From assembly GCA_013265495.1 (NCBI GenBank), contig MU058896.1:496001-560000 (forward strand): a stretch of 64,000 nt of DNA, given 5' to 3'. The position numbers were made by a program, and so were the translations under genes. Source of the DNA: Vicugna vicugna (lineage: Eukaryota). Positions 22,920 through 35,592 of this stretch are shown here, piece after piece; within the stretch, counting starts at the first letter, position 1, and every line of letters starts with the position of its first letter. The notes beneath the pieces were generated by a model. That model was not told where the DNA came from. It did no database searches and was given only the letters and a program-made list of their open reading frames with translations.

Positions 22920-24748
22920 CTAGAGCTGAGAACAAGGGAAAGACAGTCGTCTCAGGCTCAGGCCCTCGGCAGAGTGGGGCCCGTGCCCAGGCAGGGCCAC
23001 GCTCCACTGTCAGGGCTGCCTCTGCTTCCCTGCAGCACCAGCAACTGGCACTGACCTGGGCGCCGTTACCCGCTGCTCATGGCCAGACGTGGGCTTGCGC
23101 CCTGGAGCACTGACGAGGGAGCAGTAGGCTGGTGGCAGAGCCGCCCACAAGGATGCGCCTGGCAGGTGAGGGGGAGGAGCCCACTCGGGGCTGGTGCTGC
23201 TGCCCACCAGGAGCGCAGCAATGGTGTCAGAGACCACCCCATCAGACCAAGCCCGGGGGGCACTTGCCCAGCCCCCTGCCCTGTCTGCTGGGCGAGGGCT
23301 CTGGACCCATCCCCTGCAGCACCCACATCTCAACAGGAATGTTATCACCTTCACCAACGTGGTGACCGGGAAGAGGGCTTGGAAGGGAGAAATAGGTCCA
23401 CGGAAGCAAGAGGCTTCATGTCAAGGCCTCTGGAGACTGCAGTGACTTGTTCCACCCTAACCTTTACCAGGGCCAGCCCTGCGTGCTCTGAACTGAAGGG
23501 AAGAGGCGGGATGGGCCGCTCTGTGTCTGGAAAGCCGTGCACACACCGGGCTCTGTACAGCCCACAAGCAGGCTGGAGAGAGGCCCTGAGGATCCCCTAT
23601 ATGGCAGACTTCACTACTCGATGGCCCAGGTCTACACGACAGGCCTCACCGTCTACCGGTGAGAAGGATCTCGTCTCTAAGACTGGACATGGGCCGAACT
23701 GGGAGCATGGCTGCATGCCCCACCCCTAGCCCCTGACAGTATGCCTGTCAGCCGCAGAGGGTCAGCGTCAGTTTGGGGCAATACAATGACTGCGCAGTGA
23801 AAAAGCGGGACCCAGGGCTTCAACACCCACAGGCCTGTTCAGCCCCTTCCCAGACCCTAACAGGAACACCTTTCCCAACCTACAGGGGATGTGGCTTCAC
23901 CTCCTTCTAAGGCCAGCTGGAGAGGCCGGCAAGGAACAGAGAGCTGCGGGAGCCCTTCCCTAGCACCATACCCACACGGGAGCCCCCAAACCCCGACTGT
24001 CCCATCCAGGGCCTGTGCGGGGACTGGCTGGGGACAGACCTGGGCCCAAGGGGACAGGTGATCCCCAACCCCACCTGTCCTTCCAGCACACCTGGAGAGG
24101 CAGACTGAGCCTCTCTGAACCTCAGGTTCTTCTCCTGGAGAAGGGACCAGTCAGTGTTTTTCCCCAGGGTGGCTGGAGGCTTGGATGTTTAGTTACTGAT
24201 GTCCAGCAGGCACCTGATGGGAAAGCCTTCAAAATCCTCGGCAGCCAGACCAGCCAGGCCTCAGGGCAGCGCCAGGAATGCCTAGCCTGCCTGCAACCTC
24301 CCTGCCAGCAAGCCTGGGAGAGGGCTCTGCCCACTGACTTCCACAATGGGGCCTGGGGATCCCATTGGAGCTGGGCACACCCCAGGACCAGATCAGGGCT
24401 CCCCACCAAAAAAAAAAGGGGGGGATTCAGACCAAAAAGAAAGCACATTTGTGACACTTAGGATCCAAAGACTTGGCTCTCCCCCAGGGCTGCGGTGGTC
24501 ATAACCACAAGGACAGGGTTGCTGGGGCTCACCACGTTCCTGGCGCCATCTTTACTCTCACAACCCCAGGAGCAGGCCTGGGGAATCACTCCCAGCCTAC
24601 AGGGAAACAGTGAAGGCCCAGGGAGGTAAGAAACTTGGTCAGCTGAGGTCCCAAGACAACAGGCAGGGCCATGGGGACGGAGGCCGAGTTACCCAGGCTG
24701 CTCAGGTGTTCAAGCAGTCCCTCTAACACCCGGGCCAGATCTCCACAC

Positions 24749-24931
24749 CTCCCTCCTCTCTGGTTCCCAGAAAGTCTTTACCGAGCAGTCCTGCTTGGGA
24801 ACCGGGAACGGGCAGCCTCCTTTCTGCGCAGGGCTTCCGGGAACCCTCCAGGGAGCTGGTGGGCTCGCTGAAGAAGTCCTGTGTTGAGCTGGAGTCTGAG
24901 AGTGCCACAGCCGTGCTGTCCTGGCTGCGCT
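24749..24931 (-). CDS. CABIN1: CABIN1 coding exon (~exon 27), 183 nt
   Basis: caacag|AG CGC AGC CAG ... GAG GGA G|gtgtgg; encodes [60 protein letters not shown]. Confidence 0.93.
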
Positions 24932-25156
24932 CTGTTGGGAGAGGGGAGGGGCAGCAGCATGAACCCCCATACCTGCAGGATGGGGGGCCTCCCAGGGTGA
25001 GTCCCCTGTCGGAGGCCTAGTGACTGCCCTGCAGAGCAGAGGGGACGGCCTGCACAAGGCCACTCTGATCCGGCCTTGCAGACCCATCCTGTAGGCCACC
25101 AAGCCACTCACTAGAAGCACCAACCTCCATGGTCACCTTCCTGGGGTTTCCCCAAA

Positions 25157-25400
25157 GAGTGGTGTTCTGGTCAATGTGTAATAATTGGCCCTCGGGAAAA
25201 AGCCGGCATTTGTAGCATTTACTGATTTCTGTGGTGTGAATACTCCCACCAAGGCCGATTTCGAGTTGCCAGTGCGGTGTGTCTGAGCGTGGAGTTGAGA
25301 GAGACGCAGAAGCGAATTACACACCAGCGGATCATGTTTCTGCTGTAACAGGCGCACACAACCAAGCAGGCAAGTGCTCAGCACAAACGCTTAACCAGTT
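25157..25400 (+). mobile_element. hAT DNA transposon relic (Zaphod-like)
   Basis: agtggtgttctggtcaatgtgtaataattggcc...aaaaagccggcatttgtagcatttactgatttctgtggtgtgaatactcccacca resembles the recalled Zaphod consensus end. Confidence 0.55.
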
Positions 25401-26199
25401 GCTGAAGGGCATGTGAGGACTACGGTGGGAGTACAGACCCCTGGGAGGCACAGACGCCAGGCAGGGGGCACCCATGGGCCTCCGCAGGTGCTTACGAGGA
25501 AGGGCGGGGTGGGAGAGAGACTGGATGACCCTCCTGGGGTGCAGGCCTGGAGAAAAGGGGTGGCTGCACGCAGTGCATGGAGCCCCGGCTGGACCCTTCT
25601 CCCCAGGGGAACAAAAGCCTTAAGCCACCAGGGGAGGGGCAGCAGGGGACAGGTGAAGACCACTGCAGAACGGAAAAGAAAAGGCCGACCCTGAGGGAGG
25701 GGCTGGGAACCACCCAAGGCCCAAACACTCCAGGCCGCCCACCTTGAGACATGGACAGTCTGCCGAGGTCCGAGGTCAGACTCAGATGACAGAGAAGCAG
25801 CCACACCCCAACCCAGGCTGGCAGAAGCAGGGCAGGAACCTTCCAGCAAACCCACCCTCTCTGAGTACCGAGTACAAGGTCAGACCAGAGGACCTGGAGG
25901 CCGGGGGACACTGAGCGGAACCACAGCAACAATAGAACCCAGCCCAGCTCAGCTTCTGCCTCGTCAAACTCACCTTCCTTCCTCCGGCCTAGGGACAAAG
26001 GAAGCCCACTCCAGGCATAAGGATTAGTTCCTTCAGTCTCTTCTGTTCTACACACGACGTCAGTTTTCAACATGAACAGTGTAAGACGCACACGCGTGTG
26101 CAGAAGGAAAGAGCACTGTCAGGATACAAAGTAATCACCAGAACCAGGCTCAGAGATGGCCGGATGCTGGAACTACTGACTGCGAACTTAGAGCAACTA

Positions 26200-27350
26200 A
26201 GACAACACAACTCATAAACCTGATGAGCGTGCTACAGGCTCCAGCAGGAAAGGTGGACACACCCACGAACAAAGGGGGAATTCAAGGAGTAAGAGGGAAC
26301 CAGGCAAGAATCAAACGGAGACACCAGAAATAAAAAACAGTGGATAACAGAGACGAAGAATGCCCCTTGTCAAGCTTCTCAGCAGACTTGACACAGTTAA
26401 GAGGAAAAAATCAAAACCTGAAGGCAGGTCAGTAGAAATAATCCAAACCAAGAGAAAAAGAGTGCAGGGGGCTGGGGGGGGCGGTGACGAGAACAGAGCA
26501 CCCAAATGCTCACGTACTAACTGGATCCCAGAAAGAGATGAGTCAGAAACAGGACAAGTATTTTAAGAGATAATGACAGAATTTTCCAAAAACAATGAAA
26601 GACATCAAATCACCAAAAATCTCAGACAACACAAAGCAGGGCAAGGACTTCCCCCACACACGTTAGGGGGAAAAAAATCACACCTGGATGCATCATATTA
26701 AAACTGCTGAAATCCAAAGATACAGAGAAACTCTTGACGGTGGAGAGAGACATGTCACACATGGAGGAAGAGTTGAGAACAACACAGACAGAAGCCATGC
26801 AAGTCGGATAACATCTTTAACAACTGCTGAGAGGAAAAGCTGTCAACCTAGATTTCTGCAGCCAGTGAAAGTACCCCTCAAAAATGAAGGACAAACAAAG
26901 GCTTTTTCGGGCAAACAAAAACTAAGAGGATTCTTTACCACCAGCTCGGAGCCAGGAACCACCGAAGACAGCTCCTCGGGTAAAACAAACTGAAACGAGA
27001 CAAACTTGGATCCACATAAACATACGAAGTTCCTCAGAAACAGATAAAGAAATAATAAAAATAAAAGACATCTTTTTCCCACTTCCTTCTCTAAAACATC
27101 ACTGACTGCTGTGCGGAGCAGAAGCGGTAGCAGTGCCCTGTGGATTCATGGCACGTGGGGAAGCGAAACGGATGAAGCTAGGGAACGGGAGTGGGGTGGC
27201 CCTCACTGCACGCAGTGTGGTGCCGGGCGTCACGCAGAGATGTACTTTCTTAGCCCTAAGGCAGTCACTATATTTAAAAAAACAGAGATACAAATAAATC
27301 AGAAATAGAGAGAAAATGTTACCATTAAAAAACAAACTGTGCTTTGTCCT
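26200..27350 (+). mobile_element. Ancient L1 ORF1 plus inter-ORF relic
   Basis: ORF 26688-26993 contains KSCQPRFLQPVKVPLKNEGQTKAFSGKQKLRGF, resembling the L1 ORF1p C-terminus (CQPRILYPAKLSFKNEGEIKTFSDKQKLREF). A-rich context. Confidence 0.8.
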
Positions 27351-30300
27351 GAACTTGGCATCTCTAAAGGTGAAGCACAGTTACATGGGGCCGCCCGTGC
27401 CATATGACCTTGAACAGGTCAGTCCCAGCCCCACCTGTGAGTTGCCACCACATATCATCTCCGAGAGGCCAGTGAGGCTACGGGGAGAAAGGCAGATATG
27501 CCCCCAGGCCTAAGCCAATGTTTGGTATTGACTCCCAACTTGCTGATGCCTAGAGAGGGCACCAGGTGGGCAGGCAAGGCAGCGGACACACCAGGGATGG
27601 TGTGGGCAGGAAGGTGGCACTCTGCCCCCAAGGATGAATGGTGGGGCTCGGCTGACCCTCCTTTAGAACAGCATCGAGGGCCACCAGAGAGCCGTCCTGC
27701 ATGGCTGGCACTCATGGCTGTGTTCCCCCTACCACCTCAGCCAGCATGTGGGGCCATGGAGGGGCCCACACTGAGGGTGTCCTGGCCCCTGTCCTGCCGC
27801 GGGGCCGCTCAGTTGCAGAGCCTGACTCCGCCCAGGACAGGCGGGCCCCTGGGGACCAGCCACTGCCCAGGCCCCTGCAGGAAAGAGGGTAGCCCCAGCA
27901 GGCAGCCCTCTTCTTCTTCCAGAAGCCCATCCACACAAGACCTGCTCCCGCTAATTACTAGTGAGGCCCGGTTATAAACAGTCCACTCTCACTGTGAATC
28001 CCTGGAGCGTTCACTTCCATGCCTCGGGCTGCTCCACCCCTTCGCAGCATTCTTAGAGGGACGCGCACCAGTCTGACGGCTGCTCCTCAGCCCTCTGCTC
28101 CAGGTGGGCCCACAGCCCGGTGTCAGGGAACGGAGCAGGGTGCAGAGGTCACAGCTGGCCTGTCTCACCAGGTCTTTCCTTATGCAGATTTGACTCAATT
28201 CAAATCCCCTGGACACTCAGGATTTCCAGACCAGCCTAAAAGAGTTCTCTCGTGACAAGACAGAAGTTTCCTGTTGTGTTTTCTCCACTGGCTCCAGCAG
28301 GATGACTAGAAAGGGTTCACAGCCACCTAGTTCATTAGCTCAACTCCATGACATTTTGAGGAAAAAAGCATGTGGTCATGTGATCAAAAATGCAGCAACT
28401 CTGGCTAGTGAACCCTAAAAAGATCACGAATGTTCTGCCAACCAGAAAACCACAGGTTTCTAAGAGCAGTAAATTTGGGTGGAATCAATATTTTGAGAAA
28501 TGTTTCAGTCGGATAAAATCTGCTCATGTGGTCCCTGATGACCACTGGGAAAGGACTCGCCCCCTGGAGTGAGGCTGGCTGTGGGGCGGGTGCCCTGCAG
28601 GCCAAGGAGAAGGAACAGACGCACACAGGAAGAGACACCAGAAGCCCGGGCCCCGATGCCCAGCATGGAGAGATGGTCTCACTGCGCGCCCCCTGGCCAC
28701 ACCCCCACCACACACCACTCTGCTCCCCGGGCCAGCTAGATGCTGACCAGAGAGGCCTGGGCAGCTGCTCTCGACGCTGATGCCAGGAAAGCAAAGCGGC
28801 ATCCCACAGCTACCTGATGAGGGTCCCAGGTTCCTCTTCCAACAAAGGATGACTGGGGAAACCTGCCCTTCTTAGAGCCAGAGAGAGAGACCCCAAAACC
28901 ACAGCACTCCCCTGCTGTCCACAGGGAAGACTCTGCTCGGGCCCAGCTGGCTCCCAAGCTCCCTCCCCTCCAGGTCTCTCTTCACCTAAGTGGTCACCTT
29001 GGCATCTAAATACCACAGGACTCTCCAACCTCTGTGTTTTTGCTCCCATTGCCCCTCCCCCAAAATGACCCTGCAGGCCTCTCTGGAGGCCCACCTCCTC
29101 CAGGAAGTCCTCCCAATGCACCCAACCCCAGAGCCAGCTCACAGCACTCCCACTTGGCACCAAACATTGCCCCAGGGACACACAGATCTCACCAGGTAGC
29201 ACAATTAGGGCGAAAATGCCATGACCAGCTACAGCCTGAAGATGTTTTTTAAAAGATGAGAATGAAGGAGAAAACAAAGAAGGTGATAGGCTCTGCCCTC
29301 TGACAGACTCCTTCCCTGGCCCAGCACCAGTCCCACCCTATGGGAACACCCCTGACAACCTGAGCTCACATGGAGATGGTCCCTGGGGCCCACCACAGAG
29401 CACCCTGGACCCTACACACAGTGAGTGCTTTCACACACCATCCTTGTAAAGACAAGGTGGCATCTCAGAGTCTCAGGTCTCTGTTACTTTTTTAACCAAG
29501 AAAGAACAAAGCAATGGAAATATAGGGCTGAGCTACTGGCCGGACAGGAGGGCAGACCGTGTGGGGAGGCCAGCACTGCACGTGTGTCTGGCCAGAACCA
29601 GGAAGATGGGCCGTGGGCAGAAGCCAAGCACATCAAACACACACCCTCCAAACCACAGGACCAGCGGGTGGCGGCGCTCCGGGTCACGGGGAAGCAGGGA
29701 GCCGGACTGAGGGTCAGCATGCGGTCAGCTCGGTCCCCGAAGCGAGCTGAGACAGTGCGAGCAGAGGCAGCCTGGAGAGCAGTGTGGGCGGGTTGGGGCA
29801 GCACGGGCAATATTGGTGGAGAAAGGTAGGCGAGCGGGCGAGGACGAGCACGGATGGGACACAACACGGACGGTGAGGGTGACAGCATGGCAGGTGAGGA
29901 TGGATGGTCGCTCCCGCTCTCCTGACCGTGGCTGGCCTGCCCACCCCCGTGAGCTCCAACACACCCCTAAGACACTGGCTGAGCTTTGCCCCTCGGGAAG
30001 GCCTCCCCCCACCAAGGCCAGGTCCCCGTGGGACCCTCCGCTGTTCCATCGCTCACACGTGTCTCCTGGTGCCCACCACAGGGACCAGGGCAATGTAAGG
30101 GGTGCCCAGATTGGCACGGCCACAGGCTGGCTGGAGAACCCCGCCCGCAAGGCTCTTTCTGGCTCCAGCATCAGAGGTGACAGGCAGCACATCCTGCAGA
30201 AAGCGAGGGTCCTCCCACGCTAAGCTAATTGTTAAGATAATGATTAATTGTCAAGCTGGAGCTATTTTCCTAAATCTCTTCCAAATCTCACGCCAAGTAA

Positions 30301-30603
30301 GCACTGGCCAGGGCTGATTTCTGGAGCGGCTGAGGCGGGACCCCTAACCTCACACACAGGAAGTGCCGACCCTCGGCTTCGCTCCCGGTCCAGCTGGCGG
30401 CAGGTCCGCCTGACAGGCTGCTTGGTGCAGGGGTCTCTCCTGAAGCCACACCACGGCTGGAGAGAGTCAGGGTGACAGCCCCCGACCCGGGCTCCTCCTG
30501 CTATGCGGCACCGCCTGCCCCCCCGCCAGCCCCGATGACCTGGGGGGCCCTGATCTAGAAGACAAGGACCTTTGTTTACCACCCACGAGAACATTGCCCA
30601 GTC

Positions 30604-30666
30604 CTACAGCTGAGGAAGCTGGGGCTCAGAGACGTACTACAGCTGAGGAAGCTGGGGCTCAGAGAC
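30604..30666. repeat. 30-bp direct repeat (period 33) in a MIR-like core
   Basis: ctacagctgaggaagctggggctcagagac at 30604-30633 and 30637-30666, separated by gta. Confidence 0.95.
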
Positions 30667-32501
30667 ATTGCCAAGCAAGTGAGGGGAAGGACTGGGACTG
30701 GCACTCAGATCCCTGACTCCAGGGCCTGCTCTGCCGGGCCTCCCTGTCCAACCTCAAGTGGGGCCCCAAACCCCACCCCCACCTGCTCCTCTTCGCCTGC
30801 AGCAAGGCGAGGCACACCCAGCATCCTGACCGCAGAAGGGCTCCCCTCTGGTGAGCATCCTCGCACAACAGGAGAGCCGAGGCTGGTCTCAGGCTGGGGA
30901 GTTGACTGGGAAGCAGGAGGCCACAGGCTCTCGTCCTAATGCCTGGTCAGCCAACCCCAGCTGGGGCACAAGAGGCAGAAAGAGAGTTGGGTGGTGTGGC
31001 CCCTCGAGGCTCCAGCATGTCCCCCAACATCAGCAACCTGCTGCTTCTGCCGGGGGCCAGGGCCCTTCCTTGGAGCTGGAAAGGCTGCCCAAAGGCCACT
31101 GTCACGTTACAAGATTATAGCTAGCTTAGGGTCCCGAACATCTCCACATTGCGGACACTGCTTTCTCCCCAGGGTGAGGGGTGAGAGCTCCAAAGGCCTG
31201 CACAGCCAAGCTGGGTGAGGACACCGGCTGGGACCAGCAAAGGCAGGCCAAGCGATCTCGATGGCCCCACACCACCGACAAGAATCAATGCCAAAAAATT
31301 TTTACCACCATTCAAAAATACACAACCATGGAAATTATATTTCAGCATATTCGCACGGCTTCCTCTACAAACTTCCAGAACCGGACACACTCTGGTGGCA
31401 CCCAGGACAGGTCCCACCAGCACCTGCCCCCAGCACCCTGCTTCCACAGCTCTGCGCACACGCGGGTGCCCGGGCGGGATGCTGGCAGTGGTGTGGGGCG
31501 GCGGCACGGCCCTCCCCCAAACCCAGGAGGCTCAGGGACACCCTGAGAGGAGAGCCTCTCTCCCCACACCTGCCTGCACTAAAGCCTCACAGGAAGGAAG
31601 AATCCTGCAGGAAGAACTCCCAGAGCAAGGACTTGTCTCCAGCATGCTTTTCAGTGTTCTCAGGAGTAAATGGTTGGGGAGTCCTTGAACCTGAGGTGAG
31701 TAGGAGGGAAGGATCAGGACCAGGACCACAGTGCAGGCAGCAGGTGGGCCAGTGCCCCGGCCAGGCACAACCCCTGTGGCCCACGCTCAGACTGGTCTCT
31801 GCGCACACACCATCCCGAACCCAGAGGAGACATCACCAGCGTCCTCTGCTCTCAGATCACAAACTGCACCCCGGGAAGTGAGGCCCTGCCTCCCTGTCGC
31901 CCTACAGCAGTCCTGCCCTGGCCCTGTGCTCACAGCCTGTCTCCTGGGCGCGCGCACGCAGCCTGATGAGCTGAGTGACACAGGGCTAAGGGCCCAGATG
32001 GCCTTCAGCACTGTCACTCCCCCAGGGCTCCACGCTGCGGCCCTCCAGGCCCACCAGTCTGGTTCATCGTTTTAACAGTGAGGAGAATGTGAAGACGGAG
32101 CTGTGAGGCCAGCATGCAAGCCTCCCGGTGTTAGTCAGGGATATGGTGGACGGGCCGCCATCTGCCCATCCCGCGTGGGAAGCCAGCTGACCCCCACCAC
32201 CAACCCGCCCGGATTCCCTCGACCCTCCCCGACCGTCAGAAGGACGTGCTATTCCTGCGGACACCAACAGCCTTTCAACTGCCCCTAACGTCCCCATTTT
32301 GCAGGTGGGGAAATGCAGATCGGAGGGCTCCCAGGCGGGCGGTGGCAGGCGGCGACCCCGAGCATGTCTGGGAAGCACAGGATCACGAGGGTCCATGAGG
32401 TTAATGAGCAGCCGCAACATTGCCCGTGTCACCCCAGACCCAGCACCCCCCTCACCAAAACAAAGCGACTCATTGCCCAAAGCGCCCTCCCCCGAGACTG
32501 G

Positions 32502-32737
32502 NNNNNNNNNNNNNNNNNNNNNNNNNNNNNNNNNNNNNNNNNNNNNNNNNNNNNNNNNNNNNNNNNNNNNNNNNNNNNNNNNNNNNNNNNNNNNNNNNNN
32601 NNNNNNNNNNNNNNNNNNNNNNNNNNNNNNNNNNNNNNNNNNNNNNNNNNNNNNNNNNNNNNNNNNNNNNNNNNNNNNNNNNNNNNNNNNNNNNNNNNNN
32701 NNNNNNNNNNNNNNNNNNNNNNNNNNNNNNNNNNNNN
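32502..32737. other. Assembly gap (236 N)
   Basis: Run of N in the sequence. Confidence 0.99.
32558..32736 (-). CDS. CABIN1: Inferred CABIN1 exon (~exon 26) hidden in N-gap; coordinates are estimates
   Basis: Sequence not visible. Exon 25 ends in phase 2 and exon 27 needs a phase-1 predecessor, so an exon of length 2 mod 3 is required (human orthologue 179 nt, recalled). The minus strand enters the gap at ...ttctgacctgcacccca[N], a branch point and acceptor lacking only the final G. Confidence 0.6.
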
Positions 32738-33029
32738 TGGGGTGCAGGTCAGAACCTCCACATCACATTGAAACAGGACAAGTGCTGGTCTGGATGGTAC
32801 CGTCACAGGCCTCCTCCACCATCCCCAGGGCCCCTGCTCCCAGGAACTCTGGTGACACCTGTTCCCTCTGGCTAGTGTCCGGGGGCTGAAGGAGCCAGGA
32901 GCTGTCCAACCTTTACGACTGGGCTTGCTGGCAGCTCAAGTCTCAGGCTGGGAGACCCCTCCTCGGAAGCAGCCACCCAGCACCCCTCCAGGCCAAGTCA
33001 GCCCCCTTCATGTGAAAGCCAGGGCTTGA

Positions 33030-33520
33030 CAGATTTCACCCCGCCAAGTGCACAGATGGAGAAGACGACTGGATTCAGCGCACGCTCACAGGTGCATGAG
33101 GGTATCTGCTGCAACACCACGGACAAACAGAAACACCCGACATGCCCGACACGCCCATCAAGACAGCCACAGAGACCACAGTGCACGCGAGCTATGGAGA
33201 GCACAGCCACAGACGAGGGGTGCCGCCTCTGTGCACTGGGTCCCAGACCCGCTTCGGGGAAAAGCAAACTCTAGAACACCTCCAGTAGTTTGTTTTTATA
33301 AAAGAATCACTGTACTTGTAAGCGTACCTGTAAGTGTGTGCAGACACACAGAGAATGACCCACGAAACAACCTGAACAGTGGCTAACCCTGGGGAGGGGA
33401 ACCTGGCACGCTTCAGTCTACGTGTTTACGTGCCACTAGCATCTTCTGTAACTAGGATATGCTTGTGTATTATTCGTGTAACTTATAAACTGAAAAAGAA
33501 TTACAAGCTATTTAAAAAAG
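33030..33520 (+). mobile_element. Ancient L1 3'-end relic (GC-shifted)
   Basis: Order of motifs follows the L1 3' end (aaacagaaacacccgacatgccc..., aaaagcaaactctagaac, gaacagtggctaaccctgggga, A-rich end). Confidence 0.55.
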
Positions 33521-34065
33521 AATTATCACTGTGCCTTGGGGGCCCTTTGTGACTATAACTTCTGGGCACATTGTACCCACCCGTCCACCTGTCCCATCGC
33601 TGACAAGTCTGGAGGACAGGCCCGGGTGGGGTCTCCCTGGCCCTTGGCAGAGCCCTCACAGTGCCCGGCCAGGGGGCCCCAAGACAGGGCAAGCTGAGCC
33701 AAAACTCTGGCATGAGGACGCAAGGCCACCCACAGCAAGAGGAGGCCCGGGGGTCTGTCCCAGGCCCACAGAGGGAACCACACTGGGACCCTAGTGTCCC
33801 CGAGCTCTCTGAGGCCACAGGAAGAGCCCACACCTCCCACAGCCCTTCCAGCCTCCTGGGAGAACGGGTAGCAGACCAGGCCCTCAGGGGCTCCCTGCAG
33901 AAGAGGCCAAGGGGCAGGAGGTTGCAGTATGAAAATGCAGTCCCCAGAGGGGAAGGGGCCACCTGAGGATGTGGGCACAGCTAGGGGGAGGTGACAGGGC
34001 TGCACACGCAGGCTCTCGGGCTCAGAAGCACCTCGGCCAAGGGAGGGGGAGTCCATGCCACTCAC

Positions 34066-34217
34066 TTCTCTGAGGCTTTGGGCGCGCTTTTCTCCTCGCC
34101 CCTGGCAAAGGGCCCTTCCGCAGCCTCCTTCATAAAGCTGACCAGCACCTCTGCGTCGACCCCGGAGTCAGGCCTCCCCAGGAGCTTCAGGATGGAAGCG
34201 TGGAGCCGGAAGTACAC
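34066..34217 (-). CDS. CABIN1: CABIN1 coding exon (~exon 25), 152 nt
   Basis: atccag|GTG TAC TTC ... GAG AA|gtgagt; encodes [50 protein letters not shown](K). Confidence 0.95.
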
Positions 34218-34439
34218 CTGGATGACAACACTGGGGTGTGAGCTGCCTCCCAAACTGCAAAGGCTCGTCCCTGCCAGTCAGTCACACTGACCGGCCCACC
34301 CAGCCCTCACTCAAGGCCAGCTCCACCATCAACACAGACGTGGACTAGCAGCATCCCAGCCCAAATGCTTCTCAAGGGCCCGGGGACAGGGAAGGAAGCC
34401 CCAGCCCCCTCCACTGCATCTTGTCCAATAAGAAAGACA

Positions 34440-34670
34440 AGTCAAAAAACAGAAAGGAAACATTACCATGTCTACATGTTAGTAGGAAACAAATCTAGAA
34501 AGACGAGGACGCGGCCAAACTGTTAATACGCATTTTTGGGGCTAGGGAACGAGGGCCATAGGGCACTTTAACCTCCCACTTCAAACACCTCTGAATTATC
34601 TGATTCTCATATTTCTTTTTAACCATGAATTGTGTTCATTTTATAATAAAAAAAATACCTAAGTGCAAAA
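34440..34670 (+). mobile_element. L1ME-like 3'-end relic
   Basis: caaactgttaatacgcatttttgggg...tttttaaccatgaattgtgttcattttataataaaaaaaa, typical of an old L1 3' terminus. Confidence 0.55.
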
Positions 34671-35331
34671 AAGGCATAAGTAAGCAGATTCTGTCCCAAA
34701 TTTCAAGCTTTCGGGACATGTGGGATTCGCGGGAATGGACACACAGCCTCAGAAAGGGTGAAGCTAACAAGCCCAGGGCTTAGGGAAGACAAACGCACCC
34801 AGATCTGCACTGTGTCCTCAATTTCCTCCCCACGAAGCACGCTGGCTGCAGCCAACAGACCCTCCCAGGAAGGCCATGGGCACCAGTGAGAGCACAGGGT
34901 GAGCACTGGGAAATCACAGGCACAAATCCCAGTCCACACATGCTCTGCTCTGAGGGGGCAGTGGAGGGCCGCGAATCAGCCCCTGGATCAGTCCTGCCAG
35001 GCTGGGTGCCCTGGGCACACCCTGCAGTAGCAGTCTCTCACCCACACCTGGGGACGAGGGCGCCGGCCCCCTCCTGCCAGGCCAAGGGCATGAATGCTAC
35101 TCTCACATCACCACTGAACCCGATTCTCAGACTAGTGTGCTAAAGAAGAGAGACCAAACGCTCCCTTCCTCAGAAAGGACAGCGAGCGCCCCTCAGAGAC
35201 AAAGGAAAAAAGGCTGTGTGAACTGAACTGCACACAGATAAGTTCCAGCTGCTGCAGGGGTGTCACTGGGACCGTGAGCCCCATCCCCAGGGAGCCGGAC
35301 GGCCCCCCACCCCCACCCTGCACAGTGTCAC

Positions 35332-35592
35332 CTCCAGGGCCTCCATGGCAAGCTCGGGGGGGTTGTGGTAGTGGATCTTCTTGGGGTAGCGGGCCGCCTC
35401 CTCATGCAGGTAGTGGCCAGCCTGGCGGTAGTGCAGCAGGTAGACAGTGGGCGGCTGCTGCTGCTTCTCAGCCACCTTCCCCAGCATGTAGTGGATGAGC
35501 CACTCTTCCTCGTCCCCGTCACCCTCGCAGCGGGCCGCCGAGGTGAAGCAGTGCCTGGCAGTCTCCAGCATGCTGTCCCGCCGGTCCTCCAT
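35332..35592 (-). CDS. CABIN1: CABIN1 coding exon (~exon 24), 261 nt
   Basis: ttccag|ATG GAG GAC ... CTG GAG|gtgaca; encodes [55 protein letters not shown]...[10 protein letters not shown]. Confidence 0.96.

Noticed and set aside
20139-30666. Short direct repeats as a CRISPR-like array
   Set aside because: Only two-copy duplications with unrelated units and no spacer array, in a mammalian intron.
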